From Terriglobia bacterium (GTDB taxonomy: Bacteria; Acidobacteriota; Terriglobia; Acidiferrales; UBA7541), in the NCBI GenBank assembly GCA_041490605.1, contig JBGPTK010000001.1, forward strand, positions 1 to 46,506: a stretch of 46,506 nt of DNA, read 5' to 3'. Below are positions 33,840-43,663 of this stretch, in pieces; positions within the stretch are counted from its first letter, which is position 1, and each line of letters opens with the position of its first letter. The notes under the pieces were generated by a model. That model did no database searches. It was not told the DNA's origin and saw only the letters and a program-made list of their open reading frames with translations. A program made the position numbers and the translations under genes.

Positions 33840-34074
33840 TATTTTTATCTTCGCGGTTGAGCGCCCGCAGCAACTGGTAGATCCCCGCCAGGAAGCCGAC
33901 CCCTCCTAAGATTAGCGTAAAGGCGGGGCTGGTATGCAGCCAGCGGTCTAAAAGGTAACCGATACCGCCGCAAATGAGGATGCTGCCGACGAGGATGACG
34001 GGAAGCTCCATCACCAGGGCAATCTGGCGCGCCGAGCCGGAAACTTTTTTCCCGATGGAATCTGGGGGAGGCAT
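33808..34074 (-). CDS. atpZ: AtpZ/ATPase_gene1-like small membrane protein
   Basis: 88 aa. ELPVILVGSILICGGIGYLLDRWLHTSPAFTLILGGVGFLAGIY pattern. Starts 12 nt downstream of the nuoN (copy 2) stop. Confidence 0.6.
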   Translation of the reverse strand: MPPPDSIGKKVSGSARQIALVMELPVILVGSILICGGIGYLLDRWLHTSPAFTLILGGVGFLAGIYQLLRALNREDKNNGDGKSNGSA

Positions 34075-34086
34075 TCGGCCTAGGGC

Positions 34087-35556
34087 TCAGCGGCCCAAAA
34101 CGCCGAGAGAATATTGCGCGAATTCGATGAACGGGTTGGGGTAGATGCCGGCGGCGAGCGTGACGATCCCCATGGCGGCGAGTGCGACTGCCTGCCCCAG
34201 CGACACGCGAGGTATGAAAGAATCCGTGGAATCGCGCACCCACATGGCCGCGACGATCCGGAAGTAATAATACACCGCCGGGAGAATATAGAGCACGGCG
34301 AGGATCGCCAGGACGTAGTGCTGCGTTTCCATCAGCGCCCAGAAGATCAGCAGCTTGCCGATGAAACCGGCCGTGGGCGGAATTCCGGCGAGCGAAAGCA
34401 GGAAAATCAGCATCAACATCGCGGCGCCCGGATTGCGCTGGAATAATCCATTCATATCGTCGAGTTCGTCGCCGATCACTCCCTTGCGGCGCAAGACGAT
34501 CACCACGGCGAACGCGCCGGTATTGAAGAAGGCGTAGACGAGAATGTAGAACGTCATGGCCTCCAGGCCCAGAGTATTGCCCGCCACCAGGCCCAGCAGG
34601 ATATATCCCACATGCGAAATCGAGGAGTAGGCGAGCAGGCGCTTGATATTGGACTCGGTGATGGCCGCGATGTTGCCGAGGGTCATCGAAAGCACGGCGA
34701 CGGCGGCGATCAGCATGGTCCAATCCACGCGGATGGGCCAGAAGACGGTAAGGAACAGGCGCAGCAGCAGCGCGAAGCTCGCGGCCTTGGACGCCACGCT
34801 GACAAACGCGGTGATGGGAGTGGGCGCGCCTTCGTAAACGTCCGGCGCCCACTGGTGGAACGGCACAGCGGCGATTTTGAAGAAGACGCCGGCGGCGACG
34901 GTGACCAGCGCGAGGATCACCAGCACGTCGCTGGGGGGGCGATGGGCTACTTCCGCGCGAATCACGTCCAGATTCGTGGAGCCGGAGATTCCATAGAGCA
35001 GCGAAAAGCCGTAGGCGAGGATGGCCGAACTGAAGGCGCCGAGCAGAAGATACTTCAGCGCGCCTTCATTCGAGCGCCGGTCGTTGCGCAGGAATCCGGT
35101 GAGGATGTAAAAGCTGATGGCCATCGTTTCGAGACCGATGAAGAGCACGATGAGGTCGGTGCCGCAGGCGAGGAACATCATGCCGATCGTCGCGAACAGC
35201 ATTAGCGCGTAATATTCGGCGTGGTGCTCTTTTTCGATTTCCAGGTAGCGCACGGAAAGCAGGATCACCAGCGCGGCCGCAGCCAGGAAGACGAAGCCGA
35301 AGAAAATGAAAAACGGGTCGATGACGATCGAATTGTTGAATCCCTTTACACCGTTGGCCGGAACGTAACGGAGCATGTAGAGGGAAATGCCGCTGAAAAT
35401 TACTCCCAACATGGCGGTGAGCGCGTTCACCCACTTTTCACGCTCTTCCAAGAGAAAATCGATCAGCAACACGCCCATGCCGAAGAAAGCAAGCTGCACT
35501 TCCGGCAGGATCAGGTGAAACTGTTGCCGAGTTTGTTGGAAGAGTTCTTGCCACAT
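34087..35556 (-). CDS. nuoN: NADH-quinone oxidoreductase subunit N (copy 2)
   Basis: 489 aa. VPFHQWAPDVYEGAPTPITAF, LLAYSSISHVGYIL. Confidence 0.94.
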   Translation of the reverse strand: MWQELFQQTRQQFHLILPEVQLAFFGMGVLLIDFLLEEREKWVNALTAMLGVIFSGISLYMLRYVPANGVKGFNNSIVIDPFFIFFGFVFLAAAALVILLSVRYLEIEKEHHAEYYALMLFATIGMMFLACGTDLIVLFIGLETMAISFYILTGFLRNDRRSNEGALKYLLLGAFSSAILAYGFSLLYGISGSTNLDVIRAEVAHRPPSDVLVILALVTVAAGVFFKIAAVPFHQWAPDVYEGAPTPITAFVSVASKAASFALLLRLFLTVFWPIRVDWTMLIAAVAVLSMTLGNIAAITESNIKRLLAYSSISHVGYILLGLVAGNTLGLEAMTFYILVYAFFNTGAFAVVIVLRRKGVIGDELDDMNGLFQRNPGAAMLMLIFLLSLAGIPPTAGFIGKLLIFWALMETQHYVLAILAVLYILPAVYYYFRIVAAMWVRDSTDSFIPRVSLGQAVALAAMGIVTLAAGIYPNPFIEFAQYSLGVLGR

Positions 35557-35565
35557 GGGCGGTGT

Positions 35566-37137
35566 CTACCTGCTCTCCGGGGTCTGCGCCGCGGCCGGAG
35601 CTGGAACCTGAGCCGGCGGAGCAGGCGGTTGCGATGTGTAATAGCCCGGATTCACTTTCTCGACGAGCTGGCGCACGGGAGCGTCGAGCACGCGGAAGAG
35701 CGGCTTGGGATAAATGCCAATCCAGAAGGCGAGCAGGATCAGCGGGGCCAGGGTGGCCCATTCGCGCAGATTCATGTCGGGCAAGTGCTCATTGGCCGGG
35801 TTGGTCACGCTGCCGAACATGACGCGCTGGTAGAGCCACAGCAGGTAAGCCGCGCCCAGAATTACGCCAGTGACGCCGAAGGCCGCCCAGGTCAAGCCGT
35901 AGCGCGGGACTTCAAACGTGCCGCGAAGAATGGTGAACTCACCGATGAATCCATTCAGCAGCGGCATGCCCAGCGAACTGAGGGTGACGATCATATAAAC
36001 CACCGCGAAATTCGGCATCGGCGTGGAAAGCCCGCCAAACTCCGAAATCAATCGGGTGTGCCGCCGTTCGTATAACACGCCCACCAGCAGGAAGAGCGCG
36101 CCCGTGGAGATGCCGTGATTGAGCTGCTGAATGATGCTGCCGGAGAGTCCCAGCGGGGTGAGCGCGAAAATTCCCAGGGTGCAGAAACCCATGTGGCTGA
36201 CCGAGGAATAGGCGATCAGTTTCTTCATGTCTTTCTGCATCATGCAGACCAGCGCGCCATAAATGATGGCGATGATGGAAAGAACCATCATGATTCCGCG
36301 GAACTGATTGGTGGCATCGGGGAACATGGGCACCGAAAAACGCAGGAATCCATACGTTCCCATTTTCAGCAGGACGCCGGCCAGGATGACGGAACCGGCC
36401 GTGGGCGCTTCGGTGTGCGCGTCGGGCAGCCAGGTGTGGAACGGAACCATGGGCACCTTGATCGCGAAGGCGAAAAAGAAACCCCAGAAGAGCCAGCGCT
36501 GCAATTGCAGTGGAAAGAAATCGTGCGGCGCGGAGAGCACGGTGCGGATATCGAAAGTGTGCGCGTTGAAATAAATCGCCAGAATGGCCAGGAGCATCAC
36601 CACCGAGCCGGCCAGGGTGAACAGGAAAAATTTGATGGCGGCGTAGAGACGGCGCTCGCTGCCCCACACTCCGATCAGAAAGTACATGGGGACCAGCATC
36701 ACTTCCCAGAAAACGTAGAACAAAACGAAATCGAGCGAGGTGAAGACGCCCAGCATGCCGGTCTGCAGCAGAAGAAGGAGAATGTAGTATTCCTTCTCGC
36801 GTTTTTGAATCGCGCTCCACGAGGAGAGAATAGCGATCGCCCCGAGCACGGTGGTGAGAATGACCATCACCAAGCCCAGACCGTCGATGCCCAGCGTATA
36901 GTGCGCGCCGATGGTGGGAATCCAATCGTGGTCTTCGACGAACTGGAAGCCCGTCTGGCCGGCCTGGAACCGGCAAATGAGCGGCAGCGAAACGAGGAGG
37001 CCCAGGAAGCCGAAGAGGTTCCCCATCCAGCGGTGCGCCGCGGCGTTGCTGCGCGGAATAAACAGCATCAGAATCGCGCCCGCCAGCGGCGTGAAGAGCA
37101 CGGTGCTCAATATGTGCTGATTATCGAAAAGCATCAT
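35566..37137 (-). CDS. nuoM: NADH-quinone oxidoreductase subunit M (copy 2)
   Basis: 523 aa. WLPDAHTEAPTAGSVILAGVLLKMGTYG, AYSSVSHMGF. Confidence 0.94.
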   Translation of the reverse strand: MMLFDNQHILSTVLFTPLAGAILMLFIPRSNAAAHRWMGNLFGFLGLLVSLPLICRFQAGQTGFQFVEDHDWIPTIGAHYTLGIDGLGLVMVILTTVLGAIAILSSWSAIQKREKEYYILLLLLQTGMLGVFTSLDFVLFYVFWEVMLVPMYFLIGVWGSERRLYAAIKFFLFTLAGSVVMLLAILAIYFNAHTFDIRTVLSAPHDFFPLQLQRWLFWGFFFAFAIKVPMVPFHTWLPDAHTEAPTAGSVILAGVLLKMGTYGFLRFSVPMFPDATNQFRGIMMVLSIIAIIYGALVCMMQKDMKKLIAYSSVSHMGFCTLGIFALTPLGLSGSIIQQLNHGISTGALFLLVGVLYERRHTRLISEFGGLSTPMPNFAVVYMIVTLSSLGMPLLNGFIGEFTILRGTFEVPRYGLTWAAFGVTGVILGAAYLLWLYQRVMFGSVTNPANEHLPDMNLREWATLAPLILLAFWIGIYPKPLFRVLDAPVRQLVEKVNPGYYTSQPPAPPAQVPAPAAAQTPESR

Positions 37138-37210
37138 CCGTTCTTCCTCGCTTACTCAGAATCCTGTGCCGAGCGCCCGGAAACTTCGCGGAACCGTCAA
37201 TGACCCGCAA

Positions 37211-39247
37211 TTAGAGATGAAACATGTGCCAGTAATAGCCCAAAATGCCGATGATTCCGAGCACGATCAGCAGCATGTAACTTTGCACCAATCCTGTCTG
37301 CACCATCCGCACCGGATAGCTGAACACCCACACCAGCCTCGAGACCAGGCGGATCGAGCCGTCCACAATCCAGGTGTCCCACCACATTGAAATGCTGGAA
37401 ATAAATCGCGTGAGCCAGCCCGCGCCATCCACGCCCAAGCCGTCGATCACTTTTGCGTCAAAAACGGCGAGCGAAGCAGCCAAATCCTTGGCGCGATTGA
37501 CGAACATCGCGTCATAAATTTCGTCCACGTAATATTTGTGGAAGACAAGCTGATACAAGCCATTCCATTTCTTCGCGAGTTTGCCGGGCAAATCGGTGCG
37601 CTTCAAGTAGAAATGCCAGGCCAGAGCGATGCCCGCGAGAGCCACGAACACCGAAAGCGACATGAGCAAGAAGTCCGGCGCTTCCACGCGTGATGTTTGC
37701 TCTTCGCGGAGGATGCTGGCGCCATGGATGACCGGGGCCAGAAAACCTTCGAAGCGCCCGCCAATTCCCACCCAGCCTCCGGCCACGGAGAGCACCGCGA
37801 GAATTATCAGGGGAATCGTCATGGTGGCGGGCGATTCGTGGATGTGATGCTCCACGTCATGCGGCACGCGCGATTCGCCATGGAAGGTCAAGAAGAGCAA
37901 GCGGAACATATAGAACGCCGTGATGCCCGCCGTGATCCATCCCACCAGCCAAAGAAGGTGGCCGGTCTGAAACACTTTGGCCAGGATTTCATCCTTGCTG
38001 AAAAATCCAGCGAGCGGCGGGATGCCGGAAATGGCAAGCGTGGCGGCGAGCATCGTTCGATAGGTTGTGGGGATTTTCTTCGAGAGCGCGCCCATTTTCT
38101 GCATGTCCTGCTCGCCGGACATGGCGTGAATCACGCTGCCCGCGCCGAGGAAGAGCAGGGCCTTGAAGAAGGCGTGGGTCATCAGATGGAAAATTCCAGC
38201 TTCATAAGCGCCCACGCCGCAGGCCAGGAACATGTAGCCGAGCTGTGAGATGGTGGAATAGGCGAGAACTTTTTTGATGTCGGTCTGCACCACGCCCATG
38301 GTGGCGGCGTAGATCAGCGTCATCGCGCCGACCACGGCGACAATCTCCATGGCGAAGGGCGCCATTTTGTAGATGGCGTTGGTGCGCGTGAGCATGTAGA
38401 CGCCGGCAGTGACCATGGTGGCGGCGTGGATCAACGCGCTGACCGGTGTGGGGCCTTCCATCGCGTCGGGCAGCCAGACATACAGAGGAATCTGCGCCGA
38501 TTTTCCCGTGGCGCCAAAGAAGAGCAGCAGGGCGATGGCCGTCATGACCGACGAGCCGATTACGAAATGCCCCGCGGTGATCGCAGCGGGAATTTCCGAG
38601 AAGCGGATGGTGCCCAGGACGCCGGAAATCATGAAGATTCCCAGCAGGAATCCGGCGTCGCCCACTCGATTGACGATGAAAGCTTTTTTGCCTGCGTCCG
38701 CCGCTGATTTTTTCTTGAAATAGAAGCCGATCAGCAGGTAGCTGCAGAGCCCGACGCCTTCCCACCCGACGAACAGCAGGAGCAAATTGTTGGCCAGCAC
38801 CAGGGTGAGCATCGCAAACATGAACAGGTTCAGGTAGCCAAAGAAGCGGTAATATCCGCCCTCGTACCCCATGTAGCCGATGGAATAGAAATGGATCAGG
38901 AAGCCGACCCCGGTGACCACCAGGATCATCACGCTGGAAAGCGGGTCGAGCAGGAAGCCCCAATCGGCGTTGAAATTGCCGAGCAGGCCGGACGTGGTGT
39001 GATAAACACCGGCGGGAACCCATTGGAAGAGAACAGTCTCGAAGAATCGGGCGTGGGGAGGGCGGGCGACCAATTGCAGCACGGCGCCCAGCGAGTAGAT
39101 GAAGGAGGCGAACACGCTGCCGACGCAGATCACGCTGACCGCAATGTTCGCGAGGCGCCGGCCGAAGAGCAGCATGAGCAGCGCGCTGGCCAGCGGAAAC
39201 AGCGGAATCAGCCAGATGTGGTTGAGAAAATAGCCTGCTTCGTTCAT
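37211..39247 (-). CDS. nuoL: NADH-quinone oxidoreductase subunit L (copy 2)
   Basis: 678 aa. GWEGVGLCSYLLIGF, WLPDAMEGPTPVSALIHAATMVTAG, HAFFKALLFL. Confidence 0.94.
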   Translation of the reverse strand: MNEAGYFLNHIWLIPLFPLASALLMLLFGRRLANIAVSVICVGSVFASFIYSLGAVLQLVARPPHARFFETVLFQWVPAGVYHTTSGLLGNFNADWGFLLDPLSSVMILVVTGVGFLIHFYSIGYMGYEGGYYRFFGYLNLFMFAMLTLVLANNLLLLFVGWEGVGLCSYLLIGFYFKKKSAADAGKKAFIVNRVGDAGFLLGIFMISGVLGTIRFSEIPAAITAGHFVIGSSVMTAIALLLFFGATGKSAQIPLYVWLPDAMEGPTPVSALIHAATMVTAGVYMLTRTNAIYKMAPFAMEIVAVVGAMTLIYAATMGVVQTDIKKVLAYSTISQLGYMFLACGVGAYEAGIFHLMTHAFFKALLFLGAGSVIHAMSGEQDMQKMGALSKKIPTTYRTMLAATLAISGIPPLAGFFSKDEILAKVFQTGHLLWLVGWITAGITAFYMFRLLFLTFHGESRVPHDVEHHIHESPATMTIPLIILAVLSVAGGWVGIGGRFEGFLAPVIHGASILREEQTSRVEAPDFLLMSLSVFVALAGIALAWHFYLKRTDLPGKLAKKWNGLYQLVFHKYYVDEIYDAMFVNRAKDLAASLAVFDAKVIDGLGVDGAGWLTRFISSISMWWDTWIVDGSIRLVSRLVWVFSYPVRMVQTGLVQSYMLLIVLGIIGILGYYWHMFHL

Positions 39248-39270
39248 TCCCTCTCGCTCAACACTTGCCC

Positions 39271-39386
39271 CTGTTCGTCATTCCGAAGGGTGATGCATCC
39301 CCCGAGGAATTCCCATGGTGCTTGTCCAATTCACGCAAACTCGGGATGCTTCGCTGCGCTCAGCATGACGGCTTAGTGCCAATTCC
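39271..39386. repeat. REP/MITE-like ~115-nt element, family 2, in the nuoL-nuoK spacer (copy 2 operon)
   Basis: ctgttCGTCATTCCGAaggg...cccGAGGAAT...AATTCACGCA...GGATGCTTCGCTgCGCTCAGCATGACGGc..tGCCAATTCC. Collinear with 43527-43640. The ends are imperfect inverted repeats (CGTCAT.../...ATGACG). Confidence 0.7.
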
Positions 39387-39393
39387 CATGCGG

Positions 39394-39696
39394 CTACCAC
39401 TTCAGCAAATCCATTTCGTCAGCCAAGACGGTTTCGCGATTGCGGAAGAAAGCGATGATAATTCCCAGGCCGACCGCCGCTTCCGCCGCCGCGTCGGTGA
39501 TGATAAAAATCGCGAAAATCTGTCCGTTCACGGAGCCGAACATGCGCGAAAACGCGACCAGGTTGATATTCACCGCGTTCAAGATCAGTTCGATGGACAT
39601 CAGAATAATGATCACGTTGCGCCGGGTGAGCACGCCGACGACGCCGATGGTGAAGAGCGCCAGGCTCAAGAACAAATAATGAGTGGTCGGAATCAT
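39394..39696 (-). CDS. nuoK: NADH-quinone oxidoreductase subunit K (copy 2)
   Basis: 100 aa from ATG 39696 ([15 protein letters not shown]...[18 protein letters not shown]...[12 protein letters not shown]). The ORF-track N-terminal extension overlaps nuoJ and is not credible. Confidence 0.92.
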   Translation of the reverse strand: MIPTTHYLFLSLALFTIGVVGVLTRRNVIIILMSIELILNAVNINLVAFSRMFGSVNGQIFAIFIITDAAAEAAVGLGIIIAFFRNRETVLADEMDLLKW

Positions 39697-39698
39697 CC

Positions 39699-40214
39699 TC
39701 AAATTCTCCGCTTGGCCATCACCACCGCGCCGATCATCGCCACCAGCAGCAGGATGGAGGCGATCTCGAACGGCAGCATATAGTTTTGGAACAGGGCCTG
39801 CCCGATCATCTCGGAATTCGGCTGCATCGTGGCGGCGGACGGCGGAGGCAAATTCACGACGCCGCGATCCAACCACAACGGCAACGAAAAATGTATTCCC
39901 AGAACGATGGCCAGCACCGTGGCCACCAACCACTGGCGGTTGAACTGGAGCTGATGCAACGAAACATCCAGGTTCACCAGCATGATCACGAAAACAAACA
40001 GCACCATGATGCCGCCCACGTACAAAATGATCTGGACGACGAAGAGGAACTCCGCTTCGAGCTGCAGATAAATGCCCGCTGTGGCGAGTAGCGAGGTAAT
40101 CAAGAAAATCGCGCTGTGAATCGCGCTGCGGCTGACGACCACCAGGATCGCGGAGACCACGGCCAGCGCGGCAAAGAAGTAAAATACGATTTGGGGCAAC
40201 AAACCGTTCGCCAC
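39699..40214 (-). CDS. nuoJ: NADH-quinone oxidoreductase subunit J (copy 2)
   Basis: 171 aa. [26 protein letters not shown]. The GTG start directly abuts the nuoH stop. No nuoI. Confidence 0.92.
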   Translation of the reverse strand: MANGLLPQIVFYFFAALAVVSAILVVVSRSAIHSAIFLITSLLATAGIYLQLEAEFLFVVQIILYVGGIMVLFVFVIMLVNLDVSLHQLQFNRQWLVATVLAIVLGIHFSLPLWLDRGVVNLPPPSAATMQPNSEMIGQALFQNYMLPFEIASILLLVAMIGAVVMAKRRI

Positions 40215-41549
40215 TTAATCACCATCCAATGCGGAAGGAATTGGGAGCGCGGCGCCCGGACGGGGACGCTCGACGGCCAGCCAGGCCGCAACCGCGAGCG
40301 TGATCAGATTCGTCAATAAAAGGGCAGGCGCAAGCCCCCAGCCCATTTCCCGATACAGTGCCAGCGCTATTCCGGTTGCGATCACATTCACCAGCGCCAG
40401 AGGAATCAGAAAACTCCAGCCAAGGTGCATCAATTGATCGAAGCGATAGCGCGGAAAGGTAAACCGGAACCACAAGAATCCATACAAGTAGACCAAAACC
40501 TTGGCGATGAACCAGAACGCGCCGTGCACGCCTTCCCGAATTCCAGGCGCGGCTGCGGCGGACCATCCCATCACTGCCGCCAGCAATAACATCAGAGCAC
40601 CGGCTGCGGCCATCACCAATTTCTGAACCGGCACCGGCTGCCGGGGTGCCAGCCGGAAGCAATAGAGAGCGACAACCAGAAATGCAAGCGCGGGGATCAG
40701 ATCCATCATCTCAATATCCGTGGCAGGCACACGCAAGTGGACTCTCGCGAGAGGCCGCAGCCATCCGCCCAGGAACAAAGTGGTGGCAATTCCCGCCACC
40801 ACGATCATGTTGGCGTATTCCGCCAGAAAATAAAGCGACCAGCGAAAACCGCTGTATTCGGTCATGTAGCCCGCGACGAGTTCGGACTCCGCTTCGGGCA
40901 GATCAAACGGCGCGCGATTCGTCTCCGCGATCGATCCCACCAGGTAAATAAAAAATGCGATGGGCGCCAGGAAAATAAACCACAGGCCGGCGTGAGCTTG
41001 CGATTCCACAAGTCCCTTCATGGAAAGAGTTCCGCCCAGCAACAAGGCCGAAACCAGGGCCAGCCCCGCCGCCGTCTCGTAACTGACAAGTTGAGCGGCG
41101 CTGCGCAGCGCGCCCATCAGGGAATAATGGCTGTTCGAGGCCCAGCCTCCCAGAACGATTCCATAAATCCCCATCGAGCTGACCGCCAGGATGAAGAGCA
41201 AACCGACGTTCAAATCCGCGATTTGAAAGACAGGGCCGAACGGCAGAGCGGCATAGGCGAGCATCCCGGCGGTGACGGAAAGCAAAGGGGCCAGCAGGAA
41301 AATTGCTTTGTCCGCTTCGTCGGGGATGATGTCTTCCTTGATCAGCAGCTTTACCGCATCGGCGATGGGCTGCAGCAAGCCGTGCGGCCCAACGCGCATC
41401 GGGCCGAGCCGCGCCTGCATGTCGGCCATCACTTTGCGTTCCAGCAGGACGATATAGCCGGCGAGCAAAGGCAGCACCAGCACAATCACCACGGCGTATA
41501 TCACCGGGAGAATGTAGGGCCGGATCGGCTCTAGGCTGTGCAAGTCCAT
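40215..41549 (-). CDS. nuoH: NADH-quinone oxidoreductase subunit H (copy 2), long form
   Basis: 444 aa. [55 protein letters not shown]. Has extra hydrophobic segments and a C-terminal tail. Confidence 0.92.
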   Translation of the reverse strand: MDLHSLEPIRPYILPVIYAVVIVLVLPLLAGYIVLLERKVMADMQARLGPMRVGPHGLLQPIADAVKLLIKEDIIPDEADKAIFLLAPLLSVTAGMLAYAALPFGPVFQIADLNVGLLFILAVSSMGIYGIVLGGWASNSHYSLMGALRSAAQLVSYETAAGLALVSALLLGGTLSMKGLVESQAHAGLWFIFLAPIAFFIYLVGSIAETNRAPFDLPEAESELVAGYMTEYSGFRWSLYFLAEYANMIVVAGIATTLFLGGWLRPLARVHLRVPATDIEMMDLIPALAFLVVALYCFRLAPRQPVPVQKLVMAAAGALMLLLAAVMGWSAAAAPGIREGVHGAFWFIAKVLVYLYGFLWFRFTFPRYRFDQLMHLGWSFLIPLALVNVIATGIALALYREMGWGLAPALLLTNLITLAVAAWLAVERPRPGAALPIPSALDGD

Positions 41550-41583
41550 CGTGTCAGCGCGAGATGAGCTCTTTCCTTTTCAT

Positions 41584-42726
41584 TCAGCGATCCACTTCCC
41601 CCAGGACAATATCAATCGTGCCGATGATGGCCACCACGTCGGCCACCAGCGAACCCGCGGCCATCTTGTCGAACGCCTGTAAATTGACGAAGGATGGCGG
41701 CCGCACGCGCACACGGTAGGGCTGCGTGGTTCCATCGCTGACGATGTAATAGCCGAGTTCGCCCTTGGGCGCTTCAATCGCGTGGTAAACCTCGCCGGGC
41801 GGCGGCTTCAGCACCTTGCCAATGCGAGCCATGATCGGGCCGGTGGGAATATTTTCAATGGCCTGCAGGCAGATCAAGCGCGATTGACGCATCTCTTCCA
41901 TGCGGACCAGGTACCGGTCGTAAGTGTCGCCGTTCTTCCCGATGGGGATTTCGAATTCATATTGATCGTAGGCGGCGTAGGGCATGGCCTTGCGAATGTC
42001 CCACTGGACTCCACTCGCGCGCAACACCGGGCCCGTGACGCCGAGGGCGATCGCATCTTCCGCCGAGAGCAAACCGACATTTTTCGTGCGGCCCACCCAG
42101 ATGCGATTTTCAGTCAGCAAAGTTTCGTATTCGGCGACTTTGTGCTCGAAGTCGTCGCAGAAACGCTTCACTTCCTGCTCGAAGCCGTCGTAGGTCTCGT
42201 ATTGCAGCCCGCCGATGCGGAAGGCGTGGGTGGTCAGCCGCGCGCCGCAATACTTTTCGAAAATTTTCAGGATTTCTTCGCGCTCGCGAAAGCAATAAAA
42301 AACGGGCGTCAGCGCGCCGATATCGAGAGCGTGGGTCCCCAGCCAGAGCAAGTGGCTGGCGATTCTTTGCAACTCGGTGAGAATCGTGCGCACCACGCGG
42401 GCGCGCAGCGGCGCCTCGACACCCATCAGCTTTTCTACCGCCTCGCAGTAGCCCAGTCCGTTCGAAACCGCCGCGACGTAGTCCATGCGGTCCACATAGG
42501 GCGCGAATTGCTGGTAACTGCGATGCTCGGCGATTTTCTCGACGCCGCGATGCAGGTAGCCGATGATGCATTCCGAACCCATGATGCGTTCGCCGTCGAG
42601 CTTCAACTTGACGCGGAGCACGCCGTGCGTGGAGGGGTGCTGCGGCCCCATATTGAGGATGATTTCGTCAGCGCCCAGCACCGTTTCGGTGACGTTGGGG
42701 TAACCGGTTTTGCGCGAGTCCGCCAT
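41584..42726 (-). CDS. nuoD: NADH-quinone oxidoreductase subunit D (copy 2)
   Basis: 380 aa. [33 protein letters not shown]. Followed after 34 nt by nuoH, with no E, F or G. Confidence 0.94.
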   Translation of the reverse strand: MADSRKTGYPNVTETVLGADEIILNMGPQHPSTHGVLRVKLKLDGERIMGSECIIGYLHRGVEKIAEHRSYQQFAPYVDRMDYVAAVSNGLGYCEAVEKLMGVEAPLRARVVRTILTELQRIASHLLWLGTHALDIGALTPVFYCFREREEILKIFEKYCGARLTTHAFRIGGLQYETYDGFEQEVKRFCDDFEHKVAEYETLLTENRIWVGRTKNVGLLSAEDAIALGVTGPVLRASGVQWDIRKAMPYAAYDQYEFEIPIGKNGDTYDRYLVRMEEMRQSRLICLQAIENIPTGPIMARIGKVLKPPPGEVYHAIEAPKGELGYYIVSDGTTQPYRVRVRPPSFVNLQAFDKMAAGSLVADVVAIIGTIDIVLGEVDR

Positions 42727-42729
42727 GTT

Positions 42730-43449
42730 CTATTGGCCGCTCTCGATTCCGAGATTTTCTTTCACCCAGGCGGTGTCCTGCTTCAAGATGTCGTAATCCT
42801 TCCGCAAGGGGAAACCCTGCCACTCTTCGGGCAGCAGGATTCGCCGCAAATCGGGATGTCCTTCGAAGACAATTCCGAACATGTCGTAAGCTTCGCGTTC
42901 CAGCCAATTGGCCGTGGGCCAAACGGCTACGACGCTGGCGACCGGCTCGTTTTCGCCGACAAAAACCTTCAGGCGAAGCCGCTCATTTTTCTGGAAGGAA
43001 TAGAGATTCAGGATCAGGTCGAAGCGCCGTTCGCGCTTGGGCCAATCTACGGCGGTGAGATCGACGAGATAATCGAATTTTTCTTCGTCGCGGCAATACA
43101 TCACCACATCGAGCAACTTTTCGCGCGCGACGATCAGGATCGCTTGTTTGCGGTCCAGCCAGGCTTCTGGAATTGCGGCGGAGCCGAATCGCTTTTGGAA
43201 ACGCTGCGTCAATTCGTTATCGAGCGGGACAGGCTTGGGCGGCGCTTCCTTGGGAGGCGCGGCCGGCTTGGGCGGTGCGGCAGCAGCCGGAGGAGCGGCG
43301 GGCTTGGCCGCAGCAGGAGGCGTAGCAGCAGGCGGCGCAGCGCTCGTCGGCGCGGGTGCATCGGGTGGAGATGCGGGTATGCTTTCAGGCGGCCCGGCGG
43401 GATTCGCCGGGACGGCGTTGGGATCTTTTTGCGAGGGATCGTTGGCCAT
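42730..43449 (-). CDS. nuoC: NADH-quinone oxidoreductase subunit C (copy 2) with ~75-aa Pro/Ala-rich N-terminal extension
   Basis: 239 aa. [40 protein letters not shown]. The N-terminus is [60 protein letters not shown]. Confidence 0.9.
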   Translation of the reverse strand: MANDPSQKDPNAVPANPAGPPESIPASPPDAPAPTSAAPPAATPPAAAKPAAPPAAAAPPKPAAPPKEAPPKPVPLDNELTQRFQKRFGSAAIPEAWLDRKQAILIVAREKLLDVVMYCRDEEKFDYLVDLTAVDWPKRERRFDLILNLYSFQKNERLRLKVFVGENEPVASVVAVWPTANWLEREAYDMFGIVFEGHPDLRRILLPEEWQGFPLRKDYDILKQDTAWVKENLGIESGQ

Positions 43450-43526
43450 CTTGTTTAGGGTAAAACAGATAAGACTAAACGCGGCCCCTACCTGCCGCGC
43501 AATAACTACTCGTCCAGCGTTTGGCT

Positions 43527-43640
43527 CTGTTCGTCATTCCGAGGGCCGAAGTTTGGCCCGAGGAATCCCGAGTTGAGTGCTAATTCACGCATGCGCTGGA
43601 TGCTTCGCTCCGCTCAGCATGACGGCGTACTGCCAATTCC
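43527..43640. repeat. REP/MITE-like ~115-nt element, family 2, in the nuoA-nuoC spacer (copy 2 operon)
   Basis: ctgttCGTCATTCCGAgggccgaagtttggcccGAGGAAT...AATTCACGCA...GGATGCTTCGCTcCGCTCAGCATGACGGc..tGCCAATTCC. Same orientation as 39271-39386. Confidence 0.7.
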
Positions 43641-43663
43641 AAACCATCTTCAACGCGACTGGA

